A stretch of DNA of 64,000 nt from an uncultured Solirubrobacterales bacterium (GCA_963821775.1 CAWGFB010000002.1:160433-224432); one strand, 5' to 3'; positions 52,067 through 63,921 are shown, counted from the first letter of the stretch. Translations and numbers: made by a program. Notes: generated by a model from the letters alone, not told the origin.

Positions 52067-52774
52067 ATGTGCCCGTCGACCTTCCGCTTGGCGAGGAGCT
52101 GAACTGGAAGCCGGTCCCACGGCCAACCTCCGTATCGCTGCACGGCTCCCACATCCTGGTTCGCCCGGTCAACGCCGAGAGCGACGCCGTGCCGCTGTTC
52201 TCCATCTCCCACCCGCCCGACGGCGACCCGGCGATCTGGACCTATCTGTTCGACGGCCCATATGAGAGCCCTGGCCACCTGCGCCAGACGCTGGCGTGGG
52301 CTGAGACATCCGAGGACCCGCTCTATTTCACGCTCGTGCGTCTCGCCGATGAGCGGCCCCTCGGCCTGGCCTCCTACCTGCGTATCACCCCGGAGTTCGG
52401 CGTCATCGAGATCGGCCACATCTGGTTCGGGGTGCCGCTGCAGGCGCACGACGCTGCCACCGAGGCGATCTACCTGCTGATCCGCCACGCCTTCGACGAC
52501 CTCGGCTATCGCCGCGCTCGAGTGGAAGTGCAACGCGCTCAACGCGGCCTCGCGGCGTGCCGCCGAGCGCTTCGGGTTCGCCTTCGAGGGCGTCTTCCGC
52601 AAGCACATGGTGGTCAAGGGCCGCAACCGCGACACCGCGTGGTATGCGATCACCGACGATGCGTGGCCGGCGATCCGACGCGGGTTCGAGGCATGGCTCG
52701 CGCCGGAGAACATGGACGACGAGGGCCGTCAGAGACGGTCGCTCGGGGCGCGCCTCAGCGAAGCTCGGCCTTGA
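52063..52774 (+). CDS. GNAT acetyltransferase (frameshift near 52515)
   Basis: IEIGHIWFG, EWKCNALN, KGRNRDTAWY. Confidence 0.85.
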
Positions 52775-53290
52775 CGAGACGTACCCCCACGTCAAGCGCG
52801 GCCTGCGTCCGCAGCTGTCCATAGCGACGATCCCACTCGCCGTTCTCGAGGTCCCGGCGGAGCCGGTCCAAGTCCGCTGTCCACAACCGAGGGTGGCAGC
52901 AGGTGCCAGATCGATGAGGCCCGGCGCATGGCTGGGTCGAGGTGAGCCTCGGGCCGGCTCCAGAGGGCGACACAGAAGCCGTCCGTGCAGTCGGCGGGCA
53001 CGAGGACCGTGTCGACCTGAAGACCGGGAAGGACGTCTTGCAGGTGGGCGATCGTCGGGAACGTCTCGCGGTCGTGCTCGACGATCTCCGGCAGGTAGTC
53101 GCAGCAGAGCCACATCTCCCCTGTCACGTCCAGGTCGAGGGTGAGGAAGACGATCCGCTCGCGAGTGACCCGGAGCACCTCGGCGAGGCCGCGGTCGACG
53201 TCATCCCAGTGCTGCATCGTGAAGGCGCCCATCGTCGCGTCAACGCTCTTGTCCTCCAGAGGAAGGGACTCGGCGCGTCTCGGTACCGTC
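52755..53290 (-). pseudogene. 5'-truncated SAM methyltransferase
   Basis: AESLPLEDKSVDA..HWDD, VPADCTDGF..WSRPE, GEWDRRYG; motif I absent; frameshift present. Confidence 0.7.
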
Positions 53291-53446
53291 GAGAGTGATC
53301 GCTGGAGCGGCTTACGCATGGCAGCGCAGCACAAAACATGCTACCTGGTTGACAGTCCGCCATCCGGGCTCTAGTCTGTCAGGCAACATCCCTCCGTCAG
53401 GCTTGATGACGAGGGCGAGGAGGCCGCGAACGAAAGGGTCGAGCGG

Positions 53447-54022
53447 ATGTCGCAGTCCAGCTTGCATGCAGTCTGGCGTCGCGGGCGCAACCGGTGGGCA
53501 CGTAGCGCAGCCGCGATCGCGCTGCTCCTCTCGCTCGCGTTCGCGACCGTGGCACTGGCGGTGGGCAAGGCGCCCAAGGCCGGCACCTACGAAGGGACCA
53601 GCTCCGAGAAAGGGCCGGTCACGCTCACGGTGGCCAAGAGGGGCGTCGCCGTGGTGGGCTTCAAGACCGCGATCGGCTACGACGGCAAGTGCGGGCAGGG
53701 GGGCGGGCCTGGCTTTGAACCAAGGATCACCAGAGCGGCGATCAAGCACGGGCGCTTCTCCGTCGCCGTCACGTTCAAGGGCGAGGTGCCGAGCATCCCC
53801 TCCAAGAAGGGCGAGGTGACCGGCAGGTTCTCCGGTGACACGGTCACCGGCACGGTGGTGATCCCCAGCCTGAAGAGCAAAGGCTGCCTCTCCTACAGCG
53901 AGACCTACAGCGCCAGCTCGGAAGCACGCGTAGGGCGCAAAGAGCAAGCTCGGGCTCACGCCACGCTTCATTCCGCGGCTGGGTCCTCCGCCGGCGTGCG
54001 TCAGCGGGTGCTGATTGCATAG
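53447..54022 (+). CDS. Secreted hypothetical protein
   Basis: Signal peptide; basic beta-rich domain; two cysteines. Confidence 0.6.
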   Translation: MSQSSLHAVWRRGRNRWARSAAAIALLLSLAFATVALAVGKAPKAGTYEGTSSEKGPVTLTVAKRGVAVVGFKTAIGYDGKCGQGGGPGFEPRITRAAIKHGRFSVAVTFKGEVPSIPSKKGEVTGRFSGDTVTGTVVIPSLKSKGCLSYSETYSASSEARVGRKEQARAHATLHSAAGSSAGVRQRVLIA

Positions 54023-54027
54023 GTCAC

Positions 54028-54603
54028 GTGAGCGACGCGTATCCCCCCAACCGCACCCGCCGTCCGCGCCCCGGCCCACACGAGCCCCTCCGCCTGCAGG
54101 CAGCCGCAGCGCAGCCGGCCGTGAGCCTGCGCCAACTCGTCGAGAGCGACGAGGCACAGCTCCTGCGCATCCACCGCGCTCCCGAGGTCGTGCGCTGGTG
54201 GGGCCCGCCAGCGGAGGGCTTCCCGTGGACCGACGAGCCCGACTGCACGCGCCTGGCGATCGAGGTCGAGGACGCCGTGGCGGGCATGATCCAGTTCGCC
54301 GAGGAGCCAGAGCCCGCCTACCGTCACGCGAGCATCGACCTGTTCGTCGATCCCGCGCACCACGGACGGGGCGTGGGCACCCTGGCGGTCGGGCTCCTCG
54401 TGCGCTACCTGATCGACGCGCGCGGCCACCACCGTGTCACGATCGACCCGGCCGCCGCCAACGCGGCGGCCATCCGGACGTACGGGAAGGTCGGTTTCAG
54501 GCCCGTGGGGGTCATGCGACGCTACGAGCGCGACCTCGACGGCCGCGGCTGGCACGATGGCCTGCTGATGGAGCTCCTCGCCGACGAGGAGCAGACTCCC
54601 TGA
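54028..54603 (+). CDS. GNAT acetyltransferase (AAC(6')-like)
   Basis: PEVVRWWG, HASIDLF, HRVTIDPAAANAAAIR; start may be 54121. Confidence 0.82.
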   Translation: MSDAYPPNRTRRPRPGPHEPLRLQAAAAQPAVSLRQLVESDEAQLLRIHRAPEVVRWWGPPAEGFPWTDEPDCTRLAIEVEDAVAGMIQFAEEPEPAYRHASIDLFVDPAHHGRGVGTLAVGLLVRYLIDARGHHRVTIDPAAANAAAIRTYGKVGFRPVGVMRRYERDLDGRGWHDGLLMELLADEEQTP

Positions 54604-54749
54604 GACCAGCGTGCGGCCCCTCCTGTCGGATGGTATAGGGTGGCCCCGTGGGAGCCGCTCGCGTGATCGTCGTATGCGCCCCGACAGGCTCCTGCCCTCA
54701 GGGCAAGCAGGTTCTCGCGGTCGTGGCAGCCAGTCGACAGAGACGACGC

Positions 54750-57086
54750 ATGCGCGGATGCGTCATCCTGTGCCTGCTCACGCTTCTCGGTGTCAACCTC
54801 GGTGCCGGGGTTGCCTCGGCCGAACCGACGATCACCGAGTTCTCGACCGGGATCACCGCCGGCAGCGAGCCGGCCGAAATCGTGGCTGGCTTCGAAGGCA
54901 ACCTGTGGTTCACCGAGTACAGCGGCCACCGGATCGGGCGGATCACCCCTACCGGGGAAGTCACCGAGTTCTCGACCGGGCTCACCTCCCTGGGCTTCCT
55001 GGTGCCCGGGATCGCGGCGGGCGCCGACGGCAACCTGTGGTTCACCGAGGGCGTCGGCTCCCAGATCGGACGGATCACTCCGAGCGGAGCTGTCACGGAG
55101 TTCTCGAATGGGATCGGCCTCGGCAACGAACCGGAGGGCATCGCGGCGGGTCTCGAAGGCAACCTGTGGTTCGCCATACCCAGTACCAACCGAATCGGGC
55201 GGATCACCACGAGCGGAGAAGTCGCAGAGTTCTCGAACGGGATCGGCCCCGAAGACCGCCCACGCGGCATCGCAGCGGGCCCCGACGGCAACCTGTGGTT
55301 CACCGAGCCCAGCACCAACCGGATTGGGCGGATCACTCCGAACGGAGAAGTCGCCCAGTTCTCGAACGGCATCACCGCCGGCAGTTATCCGTCCGCGATC
55401 ACCGCGGGCCCCGACGGCAACCTGTGGTTCACCGAGCCCGTCGGCAGCCGGATCGGGCGGATCACTCCGAGCGGAGAAGTCACGGAGTTCTCGAACGGCA
55501 TCACCGCCGGCAGTGACCCGGCGAGCATCACCACGGGCCCCGACGGCAACCTGTGGTTCACCGAGCTCAACGGGATCGGGCGGATCACTCCGAGCGGAGA
55601 GGTCACGGAGTTCTCGAACGGGTTCACCCCCGGCAGCGAACCCGATGGCATCACAGCCGGTTCCGACGGCAACCTGTGGTTCACCGAGTTTGGCGGCGAC
55701 CGCATCGGGCGGGTGAACCTGCAGGCGACCCCGCCCCCGGTGCCCGCGGCGATCTCCCTGACACCGTCCTCCGCCCAGGCGCCGATCCAGCCGCCCCGCC
55801 CCGCCGGTGGAGTCGCCCTCACGGCCCACGTCACGGACTCCTCCGGGCAGCCTGTCGAGCAGACGAGCGTCGCCTTCCGGGTGCTCTCCGGCCCCGACGC
55901 CGAAGCCGGCTTCAGCCCGCCGATCCAGACGACCACCTCGACCGGCGACGCCACGATCGTGCTACCGGGCGATACCGCGGGCACGGACGTCGTCGAAGCG
56001 GAAGCCGGCTCCGCACCCAGGCCGCAGGCGTCGATCACGTTCGTCGCTCAGCCAGGTGACCTCACGGCGCAGGCCAAAACGACTGTAACTGCGAAAGTGG
56101 GGAAGGTCGTGCCGATGACCGAACGACTGGCGACCTTCAAGGATCCGGACGGACGGGGCCTGCCAGCCGGCAACTTCACGGCTCGGATCGAATGGGGGGA
56201 CCCGTACTTCTACTCGACCGAAGCGACGGTCGTGGCCACCAAAACCGGTTTCGCGGTAACGCCCAAGCTGCCGCACATGTTCTGCTACGCCGGGACACAC
56301 ACCTTCACGGTGACCGTCGTCGAGGCTGGCGATCTGGAGAGCGCCGTCACGTCGGGTACCGTGGACGTGAACGCGGCGGCCAAGGGTGTCGACGGCTGTG
56401 ACATCGGAGGGCTGGCTGGGTGTACCGGTACCGTCGTATCCTCGCCGGGGACCGTCCCCGTCGTGTTGCTCGCCACTCACTGTTTGCTGGGTATCGGGTA
56501 CCCTCCCGGCCCGGGAGGATACGCTTTCATCCCGGGCGGCAAGGCACAGTCAGGAGCAAGCGCGCCGTTTGGCCACTGGAACGGCAACGTGGCCTACGCC
56601 AACGGAAACTTTGCGTCCTCGGGCTATGAACGAAACTACGACTTTGGCTTCATCGGCCTCAACCTGGCCTGCACCGAAAGCGACGTGCTGGGCCAGTGCC
56701 CCAAGGACCCCAGCGCCGCCGTGCTGGGCGGGGGCCTGACGGTCCACTGGTATCCCGCGCAAGCGGGCCGCCCCCCCAAGCCGCTGAATAAACCGTGGAC
56801 CATTGATGCCCCCTTCACCACACCCGCGTCCTGCACCACCAAGAATGGCGTACAGCTCTTCACACAGCTGACCTCCGCTGGATACGACTGGAACGTCGAA
56901 CCGTGCACGATCGCGGACAACACGTATCCGGGCAGCGGGGCACCGTGGCTCGACAGTAAGAACGAGGTTGTCAGCGTGCAGTCCGGCATTCTCGGGAGCG
57001 ACGACGTGGGCCCGTATCTCGGGCCGGAAGCCGAACAGGCCTTCCACGAATTCACAGCCCTGCTGTCCGGCTACACGGTTCCCTGA
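54750..57086 (+). CDS. Secreted Vgb-lyase-like 7-blade propeller + Ig-like + trypsin-like peptidase protein
   Basis: Seven GNLWF repeats; Ig-like middle region; ATHCL, YDFG, PGSGAPW triad-like motifs. Confidence 0.78.
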   Translation: MRGCVILCLLTLLGVNLGAGVASAEPTITEFSTGITAGSEPAEIVAGFEGNLWFTEYSGHRIGRITPTGEVTEFSTGLTSLGFLVPGIAAGADGNLWFTEGVGSQIGRITPSGAVTEFSNGIGLGNEPEGIAAGLEGNLWFAIPSTNRIGRITTSGEVAEFSNGIGPEDRPRGIAAGPDGNLWFTEPSTNRIGRITPNGEVAQFSNGITAGSYPSAITAGPDGNLWFTEPVGSRIGRITPSGEVTEFSNGITAGSDPASITTGPDGNLWFTELNGIGRITPSGEVTEFSNGFTPGSEPDGITAGSDGNLWFTEFGGDRIGRVNLQATPPPVPAAISLTPSSAQAPIQPPRPAGGVALTAHVTDSSGQPVEQTSVAFRVLSGPDAEAGFSPPIQTTTSTGDATIVLPGDTAGTDVVEAEAGSAPRPQASITFVAQPGDLTAQAKTTVTAKVGKVVPMTERLATFKDPDGRGLPAGNFTARIEWGDPYFYSTEATVVATKTGFAVTPKLPHMFCYAGTHTFTVTVVEAGDLESAVTSGTVDVNAAAKGVDGCDIGGLAGCTGTVVSSPGTVPVVLLATHCLLGIGYPPGPGGYAFIPGGKAQSGASAPFGHWNGNVAYANGNFASSGYERNYDFGFIGLNLACTESDVLGQCPKDPSAAVLGGGLTVHWYPAQAGRPPKPLNKPWTIDAPFTTPASCTTKNGVQLFTQLTSAGYDWNVEPCTIADNTYPGSGAPWLDSKNEVVSVQSGILGSDDVGPYLGPEAEQAFHEFTALLSGYTVP

Positions 57087-57210
57087 GCCGCGCGCGCTGA
57101 GGCGTCGCCCACTCGCGGACGGCGGCCGATCCCGCCGTCCGCGTCGGAAGGGCTGAAGTGTGGCCGGGCGCAGCGGGCGATCGCACCTCCGCTCGGCTAC
57201 CCTTGCCTCC

Positions 57211-58764
57211 GTGGCGGGACCCGTGAGCCGAGTGCTGTCGAGCTCCCAGCTGGCGGTGCTCGCCGGCCACGGTGAGGAGCGCACGGCGGCGGTGGGAGAG
57301 ACGCTGTTCGAGATCGGCGACGCCACGTACCCCTTCATCGCGATCCTCGAGGGGGAGGCGGCGGTGCTGGACGGCGACGGGCGTGAGATTGTCCGCCACG
57401 GCGCCTCGGGGTTCCTCGGCGAGCTGAACCTGCTCTCCGGACAGACCGTGTTCCTCACGGCGGTCGTGACCGCGCCGATGCGGTACCTCGCGGTCGAGCG
57501 CGAGGCGCTCAGGCAGCTGCTGTTCGACGACGAGGCGCTGGCGGACCTGCTGCTGAGCGCGTTCGTGGAGCGCCGCGAGCTGCTCCAGCAGCAGCAGGGG
57601 GTGGGGGTGGAGGTCCTCGGCGCGCGCGAGTCGCCCGACACGCGGCGGCTGCTCGAGTTCGTGCGCGTGCAGCGGATCCCGTACAGGTGGAGCGAGGCCG
57701 GCGCGCCGCCGGCGCCGCTCGTGCGCCTGCCCGGCGGCGCGACCCTGGAGAACCCCACCAACGGCCAGCTCTCCCGCGCGCTGGGGATCGGGCTGGAGCT
57801 GGCGCCGCGCGAGGAGGTGGACCTGCTGATCCTCGGCGGCGGCCCCGCCGGCCTCGGCGCCGCGGTGTACGGCGCCTCGGAGGGGCTCGACACGCTGGTG
57901 GTGGAGGGCACGGTGCTGGGCGGCCAGGCCGGCTCCTCGCGGCGCATCGAGAACTACCTCGGCTTCCCCGCCGGCATCACCGGCGCCCAGCTCACCAGCC
58001 GCGCGATCACGCAGGCGCGCAAGTTCGGCGCCCGCGCGGCCACGCCGTACCGCGCCCACGAGCTGCAGCCCGGCGTCGAGCGGCACACGGTGCGGCTGGA
58101 CGACGGCGTCGAGATCGCCGCCCGCGCGGTGCTGCTGGCGACCGGCGCCGAATACCGCCGCCTGCCGGTCGCCGAGCTGGAGCGCTACGAGGGCGTGAGC
58201 GTCTTCTACGCCGCCGGCCCGCTGGAGGGCCAGCTGTGCGGCGGGCGGCGCGTGGGTGTGGTGGGCGGCGGCAACTCAGCCGGGCAGGCGGCCGTGTGGC
58301 TGGCGCGCGGCGGCGCGCTCGTCACGCTGCTGCACCGCCGCGCCGACCTGAGCGAGACGATGTCGCGGTACCTGCTCGACGAGCTGGAGCGCTACGGGGT
58401 GGCGGTGCGCGACCGCTCCGAAGTGCGCCACCTGCACGGCGGCGAGAACGGAGCGGAAGGCCAGCTGCAGGCCGTCACGCTTGCCGACGGCGCGCAGGTG
58501 GCGCTGTCGTACCTCTTCCTCTTCCTCGGCGCCTCGCCCTGTACCGGGTGGCTGGGCGAGGTGGTGGCGCGCGACCCCCACGGCTTCGTGCTCACCGGCC
58601 CCGACGCGGGCGCCGAGGGCCTGCTGGAGACCAGCGTGCCGGGCGTCTACGCGGCCGGCGACGTGCGCGCCGGCTCGATCAAGCGGTGCGCGACCGCGGT
58701 GGGGGAGGGCGCGACGGTGGTGCAGTTCGTGCACGAGCGCCTCGCGGCCCCGGCCGGCGCCTGA
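57211..58764 (+). CDS. cNMP-binding domain-thioredoxin reductase-like flavoprotein
   Basis: FLGELNLL cNMP domain; [29 protein letters not shown]; no CxxC. Confidence 0.88.
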   Translation: MAGPVSRVLSSSQLAVLAGHGEERTAAVGETLFEIGDATYPFIAILEGEAAVLDGDGREIVRHGASGFLGELNLLSGQTVFLTAVVTAPMRYLAVEREALRQLLFDDEALADLLLSAFVERRELLQQQQGVGVEVLGARESPDTRRLLEFVRVQRIPYRWSEAGAPPAPLVRLPGGATLENPTNGQLSRALGIGLELAPREEVDLLILGGGPAGLGAAVYGASEGLDTLVVEGTVLGGQAGSSRRIENYLGFPAGITGAQLTSRAITQARKFGARAATPYRAHELQPGVERHTVRLDDGVEIAARAVLLATGAEYRRLPVAELERYEGVSVFYAAGPLEGQLCGGRRVGVVGGGNSAGQAAVWLARGGALVTLLHRRADLSETMSRYLLDELERYGVAVRDRSEVRHLHGGENGAEGQLQAVTLADGAQVALSYLFLFLGASPCTGWLGEVVARDPHGFVLTGPDAGAEGLLETSVPGVYAAGDVRAGSIKRCATAVGEGATVVQFVHERLAAPAGA

Positions 58765-58844
58765 CGCGCTGCTGCTCCCCCCACGCGCGCCACGCCCGTG
58801 TAACATCGCACGAGCGCAGCTTGCGCGATGCGAGAGGAGGCGGT

Positions 58845-60422
58845 ATGGCCGAGTACGACTACGTGATCGTCGGCGCCGGGTCGGCCGGGTGCGTGTTGGC
58901 CGCGCGCCTCAGCGAGGATGCCGACGTGCGCGTGGCGCTCGTGGAGGCCGGGCCACCTGACACGCTCGAGAACATCCACGTCCCGATCGCCTTCCCCGCG
59001 CTGTTTCGCACGGAGGTCGACTGGGACTACTCGACCGCGGCCGAGCCGCACGCCGACCGGCGCCGCATCTACCTGCCGCGCGGCCGGACGCTCGGCGGGT
59101 CCTCCTCCACCAACGCGATGGTGTACATCCGCGGCAACCCCGCCGACTACGACGGCTGGCGCGCGGCCGGCTGCGAGGGGTGGGGGTGGGAGGACCTGCT
59201 GCCCTACTTCCTGCGCGCCGAGCGCAACGAGCGCGGCGCCTCGCCGCTGCACGGCGCCGACGGGCCGCTGGACGTGGGCGACGACCGCGCGCCCAACCCG
59301 ATCACCGACGCGTTCCTGCAGGCGTGCGCGCAGGCGGGGCTGCCCGCCAACGAGGACTTCAACGGCCCCTCCCAGGAGGGCTTCGGGCGCTACCAGCGCA
59401 CCCAGCGCGACGGCCGCCGCTGCTCCGCCGCGGTCGCCTACCTGCACCCGGCGGCCTCGCGCCCCAACCTGACAGTGGAGACCTATCTGCAGGCGCACCG
59501 CATCCTCTTCGAGGGCGGGCGCGCCGTCGGCGTGCAGGCGGCGCGGCTCGGGGAGCTGCACGAGCTGCGCGCCGCCCGCGAGACGATCCTCTGCGCGGGC
59601 GCCTACAACTCCCCGCACCTGCTGACGCTCTCCGGCGTCGGCTCCGCCGAGCTGCTGGGGCTGCTGCAGCTCCCCGTCGTCGTGGACCTGCCGGGCGTCG
59701 GGCAGAACCTCCAGGACCACGCCGCCTGCGGGGTCTCCTTCGCGCACGACGAGCCGGTGTCGCTGCTGAACCCGCTCACCGAGGCCAACCTCGCGGCGTT
59801 CGTCGGCGAAGGCCGCGGCCCGCTCACCTCCAACATCGCCGAGGCCGGCGGCTTCCTGCGCTCGCACGCCTCGCTGCCCGCGCCCGACATCCAGTTCCAC
59901 GCCGCGCCCGCGCTGTACGTCGACGAGCCCGTGCTGGAGCACGGCTTCGGTGTGGCGCCGTGCGTGCTCACGCCCGCGAGCCGCGGCTACGTGGCGCCGC
60001 TCTCGCCCGACCCCACCGCCAAGCCGTACATCCTGCACAACTACCTCGCCGAGGAGTCCGACATGGCGCGACTGGTGGAGGGCATGCGCGTGACGATGGA
60101 GATCTGCCGCCAGCCGGCGCTCGCGCCGTACACCACCCGCCCCTACTACCTCCCCGCCTCCGACGCGGAGGCGGACGTGCGCGCGCACGTCCGCCAGCAG
60201 GTGTTCACGCTCTACCACCCCGTCGGCACCTGCCGTATGGGTGCGGACGACGCCGCGGTGGTGGACCTCGAGCTGCGCGTGCGCGGCGTCGAGGGGCTGC
60301 GCGTGGTCGACGCCTCGGTGATGCCGACCGTGCCGCGCGGCAACACCAACGCGCCCACCATCGCGCTCGCCGAGCGCGCCGCCGACCTCATCCGCCACGG
60401 CGCCCCGGCGAGCCGCCCGTGA
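58845..60422 (+). CDS. GMC oxidoreductase (choline dehydrogenase-like)
   Basis: [28 protein letters not shown]. Confidence 0.93.
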   Translation: MAEYDYVIVGAGSAGCVLAARLSEDADVRVALVEAGPPDTLENIHVPIAFPALFRTEVDWDYSTAAEPHADRRRIYLPRGRTLGGSSSTNAMVYIRGNPADYDGWRAAGCEGWGWEDLLPYFLRAERNERGASPLHGADGPLDVGDDRAPNPITDAFLQACAQAGLPANEDFNGPSQEGFGRYQRTQRDGRRCSAAVAYLHPAASRPNLTVETYLQAHRILFEGGRAVGVQAARLGELHELRAARETILCAGAYNSPHLLTLSGVGSAELLGLLQLPVVVDLPGVGQNLQDHAACGVSFAHDEPVSLLNPLTEANLAAFVGEGRGPLTSNIAEAGGFLRSHASLPAPDIQFHAAPALYVDEPVLEHGFGVAPCVLTPASRGYVAPLSPDPTAKPYILHNYLAEESDMARLVEGMRVTMEICRQPALAPYTTRPYYLPASDAEADVRAHVRQQVFTLYHPVGTCRMGADDAAVVDLELRVRGVEGLRVVDASVMPTVPRGNTNAPTIALAERAADLIRHGAPASRP

Positions 60423-61861
60423 GCGAGCAGCCCTACCCCGGGCCGCCCGTAAGCGCGCCACCCCGCCCCGAGCCGCCCGGCCCCGGCGCGCTCCCGCGCG
60501 CGTGCGTGATCGGCGCCGGCTCCTCGGGGATCACGGCCGCCAAGGCGCTCGCCGACCGCGACGTCCCCTTCGACTGCTTCGAGCGCTCTGACCGGGTCGG
60601 CGGCAACTGGGTGTTCGGAAACCGCAACGGTATGTCCTCGTCGTACTCGACGCTGCACATCAACACCTCTCGTGAGCGCATGGAGTACGCCGACTACCCG
60701 ATGCCGCCCTCTTACCCGGACTTCCCCCGCCACGATCACATCGCGCGGTACTTCGAGGCGTACGTCGAGCACTTCGGCCTGCACGAGCGGATCACGTTCG
60801 ACACCAGCGTCGAGCACGTCGCGCGCCGCGCGGACGGGGTGTGGGAGGTGACGATCTCCGGCGCGGGCGCCGCCGGGGGCGGTGAGACCCGCTGCTACGA
60901 CGCGGTGCTCGTCGCCAACGGCCACCACTGGGACCCGCGGTGGCCGGAACCGCCGATCCCGGGGGCCTTCGGGGGCGAGCAGATGCATGCCCACGACTAC
61001 AAGGACCCCGCCCAGCTCGCGGGCCGGCGGGTGGTCGTGGTGGGGATGGGGAACTCCGCGATGGACATCGCCGTCGACGCCTCCTACCACGCCCGCTCCA
61101 CCACGCTCGTCGCCCGCCGCGGCGTGCACGTCGTGCCCAAGTACATCCTCGGCCGCCCGCTCGACGCCGGGGTGCGGCCGAGCCGCCTACCCTTCCCGTG
61201 GCTGCTGCGCGGGATGCAGCTCGTCACGCGCCTGACGGTCGGCCCGATGGACCGCTACGGTCTGCCGCTCCCCGACCACCGCCTCGGGCAGGCCCACCCG
61301 ACGGTCTCCTCGCGCATCCTCGACCGCCTCGCCCACGGCGCGATCGCCGTCCGGCCGGAGATCGCCGAGCTGGACGGCGAGCGTGTGCGCTACGCGGACG
61401 GCTCTGAGGAGCAGGCGGATTTGATCGTGTACTGCACCGGCTACCGGATCACGTTCCCCTTCTTCGACGAGGACCTGGTCGCGGCGCCCGACAACCGCCT
61501 CGTGCTGTACCGGCGTCTCTTCCACCCCGCCCTGGCGGGGCTGTGCTTCGTCGGCTTCGTGCAGCCGTGGGGCGCGATCATGCCGATCGCCGAGGTGCAG
61601 GCGCGCCTCGTCGCCGCCCATCTGACGGGCGAGTACGCGCTGCCCTCGCGGGCGGAGATGGAGCGCGACATGCGCGCGATGCTGCGCCGCCAGGCCCGCC
61701 GCTACCGCGCCTCCAAGCGGCACACGATCCAGGTGGACTTCTCCAACTACGTGGTCGAGCTCGACGACGAGCGCCGCGCCGGCGCCGCCCGGGCGCGCGA
61801 GGGGGGCTTCGCGCTGCCGCTGCCCCCGCGCGCCGCGGAGGCGCCCGTGCCGGTGGCTTGA
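60419..61861 (+). CDS. Flavin-containing monooxygenase
   Basis: [21 protein letters not shown] motif, GMGNSA, YCTGY. Confidence 0.92.
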   Translation: MSEQPYPGPPVSAPPRPEPPGPGALPRACVIGAGSSGITAAKALADRDVPFDCFERSDRVGGNWVFGNRNGMSSSYSTLHINTSRERMEYADYPMPPSYPDFPRHDHIARYFEAYVEHFGLHERITFDTSVEHVARRADGVWEVTISGAGAAGGGETRCYDAVLVANGHHWDPRWPEPPIPGAFGGEQMHAHDYKDPAQLAGRRVVVVGMGNSAMDIAVDASYHARSTTLVARRGVHVVPKYILGRPLDAGVRPSRLPFPWLLRGMQLVTRLTVGPMDRYGLPLPDHRLGQAHPTVSSRILDRLAHGAIAVRPEIAELDGERVRYADGSEEQADLIVYCTGYRITFPFFDEDLVAAPDNRLVLYRRLFHPALAGLCFVGFVQPWGAIMPIAEVQARLVAAHLTGEYALPSRAEMERDMRAMLRRQARRYRASKRHTIQVDFSNYVVELDDERRAGAARAREGGFALPLPPRAAEAPVPVA

Positions 61862-61885
61862 CGGCCCAGCCCTTAAACTGAGCTG

Positions 61886-62908
61886 GTGTCGAGGTTCTGC
61901 CGCCACAACCGCTTCGTCGAGCGGTGCCCGATCTGCCGCGAGACGGTGCCCGGCCTCGCCCCGCCCGAGGACACCGGGCGCCGGGCGCGGGGGCGCGACG
62001 GCGACGGCGCCGCGCGCACCGGCCGGGCCGCGCCCGGCGGCGGTACGCGCCGCGGCCACGCCTCGCGCGGGCGCCGGCGGGGCGGACTGCACGTCAGCCA
62101 CGAGCGCCGCGCCGAGGACGACGGCTACCGCTCGTCGCTTGTACCCGGCCTGCGCTCCTCCGATGACGCGGCACGCCTGGCCGAGGAGCTCGCGTTCGCG
62201 GACGGCCGCCTGCTCGCGCTCACCACCGCGCCGCCGGACCTGTACGGGGAGGTGCGCGAGCTCGAGGACGTCGAGCAGGCGCTGTGGGCGTGCTTCCTGA
62301 GCGCCTACCTGTGTCCGCTGGAGGACGAGGACCACTTTGCGAACGTGCGCCTCGCGCTGGCGGCCGACTGGCGTGCCGGCGAGCTGCCCGACCTCGGCGG
62401 GGTGGCGCTCGGCCCCCGGACCTCCCACGACCCCGCCCGCGGCGATGCGACGCTGCGCGCCTACCTGCAGTGGGCGGCGCGCGCCGGCTCTCAGCAGCTC
62501 GCGTTCGCCGGGGACCCCACGTGGACGCCCGCGCGGCGCTTCGCGCGGGTCTTCGAGCGCCTCACGCTCCCCGGCTTCGGGCGCGCGGGCCGCTACGAGC
62601 TGCTGGTCACCGTGGGCCGCATCGGGCTCTGCGAGCTACGCGCCGACTCGCTGCACCTCGCGGGTGCCGCGGGCGCCGAGCTGGGCGACCTCGCCATCGT
62701 CGGCGCCAAGCGCGTCTTCGGGATCGGCGACCCGCTGCACCTCGAGCCCCGCGCGCAGGCGCTGGCGGCCGCGGCGGCGGTCCCGATCGAAGCGCTCGAC
62801 CTCGCGCTCGCCAACTGGGAGGCGGGGGAGCGGGCGACGCTCGGCGTCCCGCCGGAGGTGCTCGACCCCCACGCGCTGGAGCGCGCGCGGGCGGCGCTCG
62901 AGCTCTGA
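61886..62908 (+). CDS. Hypothetical protein resembling aGPT-Pplase3 family
   Basis: EQALWACFL, TLRAYLQW, RFARVFERL..FGRAGRYELL..GRIGL, GAKRVFG; N-terminal CRH..CPIC. Confidence 0.6.
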   Translation: MSRFCRHNRFVERCPICRETVPGLAPPEDTGRRARGRDGDGAARTGRAAPGGGTRRGHASRGRRRGGLHVSHERRAEDDGYRSSLVPGLRSSDDAARLAEELAFADGRLLALTTAPPDLYGEVRELEDVEQALWACFLSAYLCPLEDEDHFANVRLALAADWRAGELPDLGGVALGPRTSHDPARGDATLRAYLQWAARAGSQQLAFAGDPTWTPARRFARVFERLTLPGFGRAGRYELLVTVGRIGLCELRADSLHLAGAAGAELGDLAIVGAKRVFGIGDPLHLEPRAQALAAAAAVPIEALDLALANWEAGERATLGVPPEVLDPHALERARAALEL

Positions 62909-63002
62909 GGCGCCGGCGCGGCCCCGCGCAAAACTCTGAGACACCGCCGCGGCGCCGCCGCCGCCGCAAAGGTCCGTCCACCGCGACGCTTACTCTCTGC
63001 GC

Positions 63003-63458
63003 GTGCCGCTCTGCTTCATCGAGCCTCAGGACGCGATTCGGGTGGTTGCCGACTCGATCGGCCGGGAGGCGCGCAGACAGCTGGTGGGCGAGGTGGTGCG
63101 GGCGTGGGTCGACGACATCCCCGACCAGGAGCTCTCGGTGCACTACGCCAAAGCGGTCGCCGACCTCGACGACGACGACCTGCAGCTGCTCGCCGCGTGG
63201 CACGCTTCGCTGGAGGTCGGCCAGCCGATCGCCAACGCCCAGTTCCTGCAGGGCGTCTTCCACAGCCTCGGCGAGAACCGCCGCGAGGCGCTGAAGATCG
63301 CCGCTGGCTTCCGCGGCGAGGTGGCCTTTCAGGATGGCATCGCCGAGGACCACGTGCTCGACACGGTCCTGCCGCGCCTCTCGCGTGGGCGCGCCAACGA
63401 GCTTGCCCACGAGTGCATCCAGCTCTATATGTGGGATCGCCTGGGCGCGGAGAACTAG
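63003..63458 (+). CDS. Hypothetical protein
   Basis: 151 aa acidic helical ORF with host-like codon bias. Confidence 0.6.
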   Translation: MPLCFIEPQDAIRVVADSIGREARRQLVGEVVRAWVDDIPDQELSVHYAKAVADLDDDDLQLLAAWHASLEVGQPIANAQFLQGVFHSLGENRREALKIAAGFRGEVAFQDGIAEDHVLDTVLPRLSRGRANELAHECIQLYMWDRLGAEN

Positions 63459-63591
63459 GACGCCGCTGACCGAAGCCGGGAGACACTCGCCTTCGGCTCG
63501 CATCCCCGTTTCGGCCAGCGCGCTGCGGCGTCCTCGGTCGCTCGCGTGCGTAGCACGCCACGCGGGTGGGCGTTCGTATTACACTCGGTCC

Positions 63592-63921
63592 ATGTCCGAT
63601 CCGGCCCCGCAGGCCCCCGCGTCCCCCGTCGAGGTCGACGACGTCTTCGACGCGCTCTCCAACGTGATCGACCCCGAGCTTGGCCTCGACTTCGTCGAGC
63701 TGGGGCTCGTGTACGGGGTGGAGGTGGACGGCGGCAACGTGCACATCACCTTCACGCTCACCACCCCCGCGTGCCCGATCGGGCCGCAGGTGACCGAACA
63801 GATGGAAGAGTTCGTGGGGGAGTTGGAAGGGGTGCGCGCGGTCGAGTGCGAGATGGTGTTCGTGCCGCCGTGGTCGCCGGAGCGGATGAGTGAGGACGCC
63901 AAGTTCGCGCTGGGCTTTTGA
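63592..63921 (+). CDS. SufT/PaaD-like (DUF59) metal-sulfur cluster assembly factor
   Basis: VIDPELG..VELGLVY, TLTTPACP, PPWSPERMS. Confidence 0.93.
   Translation: MSDPAPQAPASPVEVDDVFDALSNVIDPELGLDFVELGLVYGVEVDGGNVHITFTLTTPACPIGPQVTEQMEEFVGELEGVRAVECEMVFVPPWSPERMSEDAKFALGF

Noticed and set aside
54830-55720. About 126-bp tandem repeats as a non-coding array
   Set aside because: They are in-frame beta-propeller blades of a coding gene.
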